From NCBI GenBank assembly GCA_046597055.1, contig JBKJLC010000042.1:1-14178 (forward strand): a stretch of 14,178 nt of DNA. Direction: 5' to 3'. Below the pieces are notes generated by a model. It was not told the DNA's origin and searched no databases. It saw nothing but the letters and a program-made list of their open reading frames with translations. The stretch's first letter is position 1. Each line of letters opens with the position of its first letter. This document shows positions 1-7,700 of this stretch, piece after piece. Position numbers and translations under genes: made by a program. Source of the DNA: Kofleriaceae bacterium. Its GTDB lineage: Bacteria; Myxococcota_A; Polyangia; Haliangiales; Haliangiaceae.

Positions 1-114
1 CGGCACGACGACTGCCTCGCCAGCTACCGCCCCGGCCCCGCCGACGCACTGCAGTTCGCCAGCTGCGCTCGCGAGCTCGTCCCGGAATGCCCACCCGGCT
101 CGGACTGCGGCTGA
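1..114 (+). CDS. 3' end of a Cys-containing hypothetical protein (partial, begins upstream of the window)
   Basis: Frame 1 is open from base 1 (RHDDCLASYRPGPADALQFASCARELVPECPPGSDCG) to TGA at 112-114, with mostly G/C at third codon positions. It converges on the gene ending at 128. Confidence 0.5.
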   Translation, partial: RHDDCLASYRPGPADALQFASCARELVPECPPGSDCG

Positions 115-127
115 CCCGCCGTCGACG

Positions 128-595
128 TCAGCGCGACAGGCGCCGGGCCCGACGGCACAGCTCGACGTCGCCGTGCAGCGGCCGGCGCTCGACCCGGCTG
201 CGCACCGCGAACGGGAACGTCGCGAGCCCCTGATCGAACGTGCGCCAGATCGGCGCGGCATCGTGTGACACCTCGACCGAAATGTCCGGGCAGGTGTGAC
301 AGGCCCACTCCATCTGCTCGAGCACGGTCGCCGCGAACTGCGGGCCATCGGAGATATGGGCGCGGACCCGCTTCTGCTCGGCGGTTCGCCCCTTGGCGGT
401 GACCAGGCTCAACAGCGCGACCAGCTCGACCGCCAGGACTCGCGCACCCAGCTCGGCGACGGGACTCTTGTCGTCCTCGACCAGCAGCGTCACTCGCCGC
501 TCGAGGGTGACGGTGAGCCTGGTCGGATCAGCCCGTCGGGCGTTGATCCAGGGAATCGTCATCGGCTGGGTATGGGCGGCCGTCACAGCGGACAT
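128..595 (-). CDS. Hypothetical protein (~155 aa)
   Basis: ORF-track frame 128..661 has normal globular composition, unlike the Arg/Pro-rich shadow frames. ATG at 595 (MSAVTAAH) was chosen; the ATG at 562 is an alternative. No family recognised. Confidence 0.6.
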   Translation of the reverse strand: MSAVTAAHTQPMTIPWINARRADPTRLTVTLERRVTLLVEDDKSPVAELGARVLAVELVALLSLVTAKGRTAEQKRVRAHISDGPQFAATVLEQMEWACHTCPDISVEVSHDAAPIWRTFDQGLATFPFAVRSRVERRPLHGDVELCRRARRLSR

Positions 596-718
596 GGGAA
601 GCTCCACAGCAAGCGGCGGGCCATCGAGATCGGGACAGGTCAGGTCGGTTCGCGCCGGCACCGGCAGGAGACACGCGCTCCCGCGGCAGGTCGCATCGGC
701 CTGGTGCCGGATTCGCGA

Positions 719-1360
719 TCAGCCGACCAGCCGGAGCATCTGCAAGACCAGCACGCCGAGCTCGAACGCGAGCCGCGCTGACAGGCTGGCCGCCAGCCGG
801 CCGCCGGCCGCGACGTAGAGGAGCCCGAGCCCGCAGCTCGCGAGCATCGTGCCGAGCCGCCCGGCGCCGCCGGCCTCGCCCACGGAGATGACCGCGGCCT
901 CGACCAGCGCCGCCGTCACGACTCCCGCCGCGCTGGCGAGGAACGATGGTTCGCCCGCGGCCCTCACCGCGGCCGCGACCCGCTCGAGCAGCCAGCGGCG
1001 AAACACCAGCTCGGCGGCGAGCGCGAGCGCGAGGGTCGGAAGCGCGGCGACCACCAGCTGCACGAGCGAGCCGCGGACCGCGGGCACCGTGTTCCACTCG
1101 ACCGCCAGGCCGGTGGCCGCGAGGAGCGCTGGCGCCACGGCGAGCGCTCCACCCAGCCCGATCAGGCCGGCGAGCGCGCCCCCGAGCGCGGCGGCGCCGG
1201 TCTGATCGCCGTCGGGCGCGAACCAGCGCCCGCCGCGCATGGCCAGCGCGACCGACAGCAGCGCGATCATCGCGATCACGCCCCAGCTGCCGCCGAGCGC
1301 CACCCCCGCGATCACGGCAGCCACCTCGACCGGGGCGGCCGCGCGCGCGAGGCGGGACAT
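719..1360 (-). CDS. CPBP/Abi (CAAX protease-like) family integral membrane protein, catalytic motifs degenerate (213 aa)
   Basis: This is the C-terminal part of ORF 719..2473, from the ATG at 1360 (MSRLARAAAP). It has several hydrophobic helices. AAELVFRRWL aligns with the CPBP EExxFRG motif, and GLLYVAAGGRLAASLSAR aligns with the G-x-x-Y...L-x-x-x-I-x-x-H region. Confidence 0.7.
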   Translation of the reverse strand: MSRLARAAAPVEVAAVIAGVALGGSWGVIAMIALLSVALAMRGGRWFAPDGDQTGAAALGGALAGLIGLGGALAVAPALLAATGLAVEWNTVPAVRGSLVQLVVAALPTLALALAAELVFRRWLLERVAAAVRAAGEPSFLASAAGVVTAALVEAAVISVGEAGGAGRLGTMLASCGLGLLYVAAGGRLAASLSARLAFELGVLVLQMLRLVG

Positions 1361-1381
1361 GCCCCATGGTAGCGTGAGCGG
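1361..1381. promoter_or_regulatory. Putative back-to-back overlapping -10 elements for two leaderless divergent genes
   Basis: On the + strand, TGG-TAGCGT (extended -10, TAnnnT at 1370-1375) lies 6 nt before GTG 1382. On the - strand, TACCAT (1371-1366) lies 5 nt before ATG 1360. Neither gene has a clear Shine-Dalgarno. Confidence 0.5.
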
Positions 1382-2974
1382 GTGCCGTCCGACGAACCGG
1401 CCGCCCCGCGGCTCGAGGTCCGGGGACTGCGGGTCGAGCTGCCCGACGGCCGCGTTCTGATCGACGACCTGTCGCTGTCGGTGGCGCCCGGCGAGGTCGT
1501 GGTGCTCCTCGGGGGCAGCGGCGCCGGCAAGTCGACCTTCGCCCGGGTGCTGTTCGAGCCTGACGAGCTGGCGCGCGCGGGCTACCACGTGACCACGACC
1601 AGCCTGCGCTTCGACCGCGACGACCTCGGCCTGGTCCCGCAGCGCGGCGCGCTGTTCGATCATCTCGACGTCGCCGACAACCTGGCGCTGGCGCTGCGCC
1701 ACGCCCGCGCGCCCGAGGGCGATCCGGCGACCTGGCTGGCCCGGGTCGGCCTGGGCGCCGAGGTCGCGCGGCCGGGGACCCCGGTCGGCTCGCTGTCGGG
1801 CGGCCAGGCCCAGCGGGTCGCGGTGGCGCGGGTGCTGGCCAGCTCGCGGCGGCTGCTGTTCCTCGACGAGCCCTCGGTCGGCCTCGATCCCCAGCGGGTG
1901 CGGCGGCTGGCCCGCCTCATCCGCGAGCAGGTCACCGCGCTGGGCGTGTCGGCGATCGTGGTCACCCACGACGTCGCGCTCGCCGCCGGCCTGGCCGATC
2001 GGCTGTACCTCCTCTCGCTCGAGCATCGCCGGCTCGACCAGCTGTTCGCCGGCACCTGGCCGGGACCGCTCGAGGCCGAGGGAGTCGACCCGGCGGTGCG
2101 CGGCCGGTGGCTGCTCGCGCTCGAGGACGCGCTGTGCGACCACCTCGATCGCCACGGCGACCAGGCGCCGCCGCGCGGCGCGCCGCGTCCGCGCACCGTG
2201 CTCGACCGGGTGGCGCCGCTCGTCGAGCCGTTCACGCGGCCGTTCGCGGCGGCGGCGTGGTCGCTGCGCCACCTGCCCGGCTGGCTGGTCCGCCACCCGC
2301 GCGACGCGGCGGTGGTCGCGGCCCGGGTCGCCGCGCAGACGCTGGTCCGCCCGCTGCTGTTCTACGCGATCGTGTCGGTGCTGGTCGGCTACACGGTGCT
2401 CTACGTGGTGAGCCAGGTCGGCGGCGCCGGGGTCCGACCCGACGCGCTGATCCGCCAGATCGGCGGCGCCCACGTCATCGCGCTGGCCCCGGCGCTGTCG
2501 GCGATCCTGTTCGTCGCGGCCTCGGGCAGCGCGACCAACGCCTGGCTCGGCGCGATGGGCCTGGGCCGGCAGACGCTCGCGCTCGAGGCGCTCGGGATCG
2601 ATCCGCGCGCGTACCTGTGGGCCCCGGCGTGGGCGACGATCGGCCTGGCCTACCTGGTGACCTCGGCGGTGTTCGCGCTCGGGATGATCGCCGGCGGCGT
2701 GCTGGTGTGCCGCAGCCTCGGCCTGGACGGCGGCTGGGCGCTGCTCACCGCCGAGCTGGTCGATCCGCGCCCCGAGCGCGCGACCTACACCGCGCGCGCC
2801 GGCTTCCTGGTGTGGATGTACGCGTGGGGCATCGCCAGCGACGTGGTCGCCAAGGGCTCGGCCCGCAAGCCCGACGCCGACGCGGTCACCCGCGGCATGA
2901 CCGCCAGCGTGGTCGCGTGCACGCTGTGGGTGGTCGTGCTCGAGCTGGTGACGGTGGTCTGGGTGCTCCGGTAG
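1382..2974 (+). CDS. ABC transporter fusion: N-terminal MlaF-like ATPase + C-terminal MlaE-like permease (530 aa)
   Basis: ATPase motifs: Walker A GGSGAGKS, Q-loop VPQ, signature LSGGQ, Walker B/D-loop LLFLDEPSVGLDP, H-loop VVTHD. The hydrophobic C-terminal half contains LAPALSAILFVAASGSATNAWLGAM...QTLALEALGIDPRAYLWAP and DAVTRGMTASVV, which match hallmark MlaE permease segments. Confidence 0.88.
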   Translation: MPSDEPAAPRLEVRGLRVELPDGRVLIDDLSLSVAPGEVVVLLGGSGAGKSTFARVLFEPDELARAGYHVTTTSLRFDRDDLGLVPQRGALFDHLDVADNLALALRHARAPEGDPATWLARVGLGAEVARPGTPVGSLSGGQAQRVAVARVLASSRRLLFLDEPSVGLDPQRVRRLARLIREQVTALGVSAIVVTHDVALAAGLADRLYLLSLEHRRLDQLFAGTWPGPLEAEGVDPAVRGRWLLALEDALCDHLDRHGDQAPPRGAPRPRTVLDRVAPLVEPFTRPFAAAAWSLRHLPGWLVRHPRDAAVVAARVAAQTLVRPLLFYAIVSVLVGYTVLYVVSQVGGAGVRPDALIRQIGGAHVIALAPALSAILFVAASGSATNAWLGAMGLGRQTLALEALGIDPRAYLWAPAWATIGLAYLVTSAVFALGMIAGGVLVCRSLGLDGGWALLTAELVDPRPERATYTARAGFLVWMYAWGIASDVVAKGSARKPDADAVTRGMTASVVACTLWVVVLELVTVVWVLR

Positions 2975-4578
2975 TGGCCGCCGCCGGTGCCCTCGCGACC
3001 GGGGCCGGCGTGATGCTGGCGGTGGCGCACCTGGCGCTCTTGCCCGCGCTGATCGCGGGCACCGCGCGGCCCGCGCTCGAGGTGCGGCGCAGCGGGCCGC
3101 TGGTCGCCGACGCCCCGTCGCTGGCGGGCGTGGTCGCCGACGGCGCCGACGCCGAGGTCAGCCACGACGGCGAGGGCCCCGGCCTGGTGTGGACCCGCTG
3201 GCGCGTGCGCTACCGCGGCGGCATCGAGCGCGCGGTCGGCGGCTTCCAGCTGGTCGGCCCGTTCCAGGACGTCACCGCGCCGCCGTGCAGCGGTCGGCTG
3301 GTGGTCGGCCAGCGCCTGCTCGACGACGGCGCCGCCGGCGCCGGCACGGTCGCCGCGGTGATCACCCGCGAGCTCACGGCGGCGCTCGCCGGCATGGAGC
3401 ACTTCGCGATCGGCCGGTTCCGGCGGGTCGACCGCGTGCGCGTGCGCTGGGCCGAGCTGCTCGAGCAGCCCTTCGACCTGGCGATGTTCCCGAAGACGGC
3501 GCTGCGCGCGCCGCGTCCGACCGGCTACCTGCGCGCCGACGCGGTGGTGGTGTTCGACCGGGTCCGGGTGCCGGTGACCCTCGGCGCGATCCTGCGGCTC
3601 GACGACGGCCGCCCGGCGGTGACGGTCGGCGTGCGGGCGCGGCTCGACTTCGACTCGGGGGTGATGCGCTGGCTCAACGACAAGATCGGCGGCGACCGGC
3701 TGGCGACCCGGCTCGCGTCGGGCCAGCTCGACACCACGCTGCTCGGCGCGCTCGGCCCGCCGCCGCCGCTGCTGCTGCCCGGCGGGCGCCAGCTGGTGTT
3801 CGAGCCATGCTCGGATCGCGCGGTCGAGGTGCACAGCGGCGCCTGGGCGGCGGTGCCGCTGCGCTGGAAGCTGGGCGGGCCGGTGGCGCCGCCGTCGGCC
3901 ACCGCGAAGGCGGCCCCGATCCGCCCGCCGCGGCGGGGCCCGGTGGTGTTCGCCGCGCCCTCGCCCACCGCGCCGCTCACGCTCGACCTCGATCTCGACG
4001 GCCTCAACGGCCTGCTCTACGAGCTGTGGCGCACCGGCTGGCTCGACGACACGCTCGACAGCCTCGCCGTCCACGAGCGCTTCAACCACGACCCCACCGT
4101 GCAGCGCTACCTGACCCTGCGGCTGTCGCCGGTGCGCCTGGCGCTGCCCCCGACCCTGGCGCCCGGCCCGGCCGGTCGCCTGCGCCTGGCGCTCGCGCTC
4201 GCGGTCAACATCGCCGACGCCGACACCGTCACGCCGGCCTCGGCGTGGGGCGTGCTCGACCTCGCGCTCGGCGCCAGCCCCGCCGGCGACCGCCTGACCG
4301 CCGACGTCGGCGTGAGCGCGCTCGAGCTCACCTGCGAGCCCACCTCCGGCCACCTGGTCCCCTGCTACGGCGACGTCGTGGCCGCCGTCCGCAACGCCGC
4401 CGCCGGCACCCACGCCGCCCTCGGCACCGCGCTCGCCGACACCCTCGGCCGCCTCTTCATCGACCAGCGCGTCGGCGCCGACGGCGTCCCCGCCGCCCTC
4501 GCGATCCACGGCGTGCGCGCCCGCACCGACGCCGCCGGCGCGATCCGGCTCGAGCTGGCCGCGACGGTCGCGCACTGA
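2974..4578 (+). CDS. Membrane-anchored/exported hypothetical protein, possible BPI/LBP (TULIP)-like lipid-binding fold (~534 aa)
   Basis: GTG 2974 overlaps the upstream stop (TAGTG), suggesting translational coupling; ATG 3013 is an alternative. There is an N-terminal hydrophobic stretch and very strong GC3 bias. The fold guess rests only on the motifs GRLVVGQRLLDD and LTLDLDLDGLNGLLYELWRTGWLD...LALPPTL. Confidence 0.7.
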   Translation: MAAAGALATGAGVMLAVAHLALLPALIAGTARPALEVRRSGPLVADAPSLAGVVADGADAEVSHDGEGPGLVWTRWRVRYRGGIERAVGGFQLVGPFQDVTAPPCSGRLVVGQRLLDDGAAGAGTVAAVITRELTAALAGMEHFAIGRFRRVDRVRVRWAELLEQPFDLAMFPKTALRAPRPTGYLRADAVVVFDRVRVPVTLGAILRLDDGRPAVTVGVRARLDFDSGVMRWLNDKIGGDRLATRLASGQLDTTLLGALGPPPPLLLPGGRQLVFEPCSDRAVEVHSGAWAAVPLRWKLGGPVAPPSATAKAAPIRPPRRGPVVFAAPSPTAPLTLDLDLDGLNGLLYELWRTGWLDDTLDSLAVHERFNHDPTVQRYLTLRLSPVRLALPPTLAPGPAGRLRLALALAVNIADADTVTPASAWGVLDLALGASPAGDRLTADVGVSALELTCEPTSGHLVPCYGDVVAAVRNAAAGTHAALGTALADTLGRLFIDQRVGADGVPAALAIHGVRARTDAAGAIRLELAATVAH

Positions 4579-4587
4579 CCACGCGGC

Positions 4588-4617
4588 CACGAAGCCGCAC
4601 GAACCGGCACGAAGCAT
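4588..4617 (+). repeat. Three imperfect 10-bp direct repeats (CACGAA core) in the intergenic region upstream of the RHS gene
   Basis: cacgaagccg / cacgaaccgg / cacgaagcat at 4588, 4598 and 4608. Confidence 0.6.
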
Positions 4618-4723
4618 CAACGGTCGAACCAGCGCGTTCGGGCCGCGATGCGTGAACGCTGTTTCTTGGCATTGTTCGCAAGAACCCACGCAACCCCACA
4701 CGCGCCTCTGCGATAGAGCGCGC

Positions 4724-7700
4724 ATGAAACGGCCGTTGTCCTGGGCACACGCGACGCTCGCGCTCTTCTGGATCCTCGTCGCGGGCCTCACCGCGCTCGG
4801 GTGCGCGGGTCCCGAGGTCGGCGAGAACACCGCCGCGCTGATCGTCCCCGCGGTGCCCGCCGACAGCGTGACGGCCGGCAGCTTTCACAGCTGCGCGATC
4901 GTCGGCACCGGGCAGGTCCGCTGCTGGGGGTACAACCCGCTCGGTCAACTGGGCACCGGCAACACCACCCAGACCTCGACCCCGACGCTGGTGGTCGGGA
5001 TCGACAACGCCGTTGCGGTCAGCGGCGGGTTGTTCCACACCTGCGCCTTGCTCGCCGACGGGGGGGTTCGCTGCTGGGGCCATAACGCGTCGGGACAGCT
5101 CGGCAACGGTACAACCGAGAACTCGATGGTGCCGGTCGCGGTATCCGGCATCACGAGCGCGATCAAGCTGGCCGCGGGCGACGAGCACACCTGCGTGGTA
5201 CTCGAAGACCAGACCGCGCGCTGCTGGGGCGCGAACGGCCACCGCCAGCTCGGCAATGCGGGTTCGACCACGGGCTCGTCGAAACCGGTCACCGTGGTCC
5301 CGGCGTCGCGAGCGCCGGCGCTCGCTGGCAACGTGGACATCGCCGCCGGCGCCTCCCACACTTGCACGGTCCACAGCTCGGGCGCGGTCCGGTGCTGGGG
5401 ATACAATGGCAGCGGCGCGCTGGGTGTCGGTCACCTGAATGCGATGACCAGCATCACAGCGGCGGCGCTCGATGCGACGACCGAGCGCGCGGTCGAGATC
5501 AGCGCGGGCCAGTATCACACGTGCGCGGTTCTGGAGAGCGGGCAGGCGCGCTGCTGGGGAAGCAACCACGCCGGTCAGCTCGGAACCGGCAGCACCGCCG
5601 CTCTGGTGCCTTCGCCAAAGGCAGTGAAGTACACGTTTCAGTTCGTTACGGGCCCGAGGGCCGTCACGCTCGGAGGCGTGCGGCTGGTCGAGGCGGGAGC
5701 TGCGCACAGTTGCTTCGTGACCAGCACCGGTGCGCAGCGCTGTGCTGGTCTGAACCGCGATGGGCGGCTCGGCACCGGCGCCAGCGGCGACGCCCAGCCT
5801 TACGTCGTCGGCAACCTGGCTGACGTGACCGCGGTCGCCGCGGGGGCCGAGCACACGTGCTCCCGCATGACGGATGGCCGAGTGCTCTGCTACGGAGGCA
5901 ACACTCGTGGCCAGACCGGCGTCAGCGGAGACTCTCAGGTCGCGCCGGTGGTTGCCTTCGTGGATACTGACGGCGACGGCGTCGACGATCGCAACGACAA
6001 CTGCCCGACCATCGCCAACCCCGGCCAGCTCGACATCGACGGCGATGTGCAGGGCGATGCCTGCGACCCCTGTCCGACCGACCCGTCGAACGACGCCGAC
6101 GCCGACGGCGTCTGCGAGCGCCTCGACAACTGCCCGGGCCTCGGCAACGCCGACCAGCTCGACAGCAATGGCGATGGCCAGGGGGACGCGTGCGAGTGCG
6201 CCAGCGTGGTGTGCGCCCCGGCGGACGCCTGCCACGTCGCCGGTGTCTGTCAGCCCGCGGACGGCGCGTGCACCAACCCGGTCGCGCCGGCGTGCGCGGC
6301 CCCGCCGACCTGGCCGGCGAGCTCACTGACCATCACCGAGGTCGGAACGACGTCGGCGCGGCTGCGCTGGTCGGCGGCCCACCACCCGACCGGCGTGACC
6401 TCGTACCGCCTGTATCGCGACGACGTCACCATCGCGGAGCTGTCGGCCGACCAGGCCAGCTACCTCGTGGTGGCGCTGGCGCCTGCGACCCCGCACACGT
6501 TCCGCGTCGAGGCCCGCGCGGCCTTCAGCGCCGAGTCGACCACCGGTCCGTCGCGGAGCGCCACGACCCTGGCCATCCCGACGGGCAACGCACCGCCACC
6601 GCTGGCGTCCGGGCCCTCGACCACGGTGGCTGGCGCGGCCGGGTTCCTGTATAGCGGGTCGAATCCCGTGCAGATCGGCGTTGATCCCGCCGACCTGCAG
6701 GCGGAGCGGATCTCGGTCGTGCGTGGTCGCGTGCATGACATGGCCGGTACGCCACTGGCCGGGGCCACGGTCACCGTGAAGGACCATCCCGAATTCGGCG
6801 AGACCGTGAGCCAGGCCGACGGCACGTTCTCACTGGCGGTGAACGGCGGGAGCTCGCTGGTGATCGACATCGAGATGTTCGGGCACCTGCCGGTGCATCG
6901 CTCGGTCTCGGTCGGGTGGAATCAATACACCTGGATCGATGATGTCGCGCTGGTCAGCTACGTGCATTCGCCGGCGACGGTGATCGAGCTCGGCGCCAGC
7001 ACCATCCAGATCGCGCGCGGCAAGGTCGAGACCGACGCCGACGGTAGCCGCCAGGCGACCGTCCTGGTGCCGCCGCAGACGCGGGCGACCCTGGTCGCGC
7101 CCGACGGCACGGAGACCCCGGCCTCGTCGCTCACTCTCCGTATCACGGAGTACACCGTGGGCGAACGGGGCCCGCGCGCGATGCCAGGGGAGCTGCCTCC
7201 CGACGTCGCGTACACGTGGGCGGCCGAGTTCAGCGCCGACGAGGCGATCGCCGCCGGCGCGGCGAGCGTGCAGTTCGACCGACCGGTCAACATCTACGTC
7301 GACAACTTCCTCGGCTTCCCGGTCGGAGAGAACGTGCCGATGGGCTACTACGACCGCGCGCGGGCGGCGTGGGTCGCGTCCGACAACGGCCGCGTGATCG
7401 AGATGGTGGGCACCACGATGGTGAATGGGCGCGTGCTGGCCACGCTCGACACCGACGGCGATCGCGCCGCCGATCACGACGCAGCCCTGCAGTCGCTCGG
7501 CATCACGGCCGACGAGCAAGCGACGCTGGCCGCGACGTATGCGGTGGGCAAGAGCCTGTGGCGTGTGCCGGTCACCCACTTCTCGACCTGGGACTGCAAC
7601 TGGGCCGTGGGGCCGCCGGAGGACGCCCGGTTTCCCGGCGGTGACATCGACGGCCCCCGGCGCACGGCTGACGGCTGCGAGCAGTCCGGCTCGATCATCA

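Noticed and set aside
1361..2473. N-terminal 370 aa of ORF 719..2473 (-)
   Set aside because: Antisense shadow of the ABC gene. Only the part from ATG 1360 looks like a real protein.
2107..2973. N-terminal extension of ORF 2107..4578 (+)
   Set aside because: Arg/Gly/Pro-rich off-frame read of the MlaE-like domain. The real start is more plausibly GTG 2974 or ATG 3013.
4625..4640. Possible LexA (Gram-positive type) SOS box
   Set aside because: The spacer is 6 nt rather than the 4 nt of CGAAC-N4-GTTCG. It is kept only as an unassigned palindrome.
4666..4682. Possible sigma-54 promoter (TTGGCA...GCA)
   Set aside because: Only 8 nt separate GG and GC, whereas sigma-54 requires 10.
4652..4723. 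Upstream GTG start for the RHS gene
   Set aside because: ATG 4724 puts a signal peptide at the exact N-terminus. The extension looks like promoter DNA.
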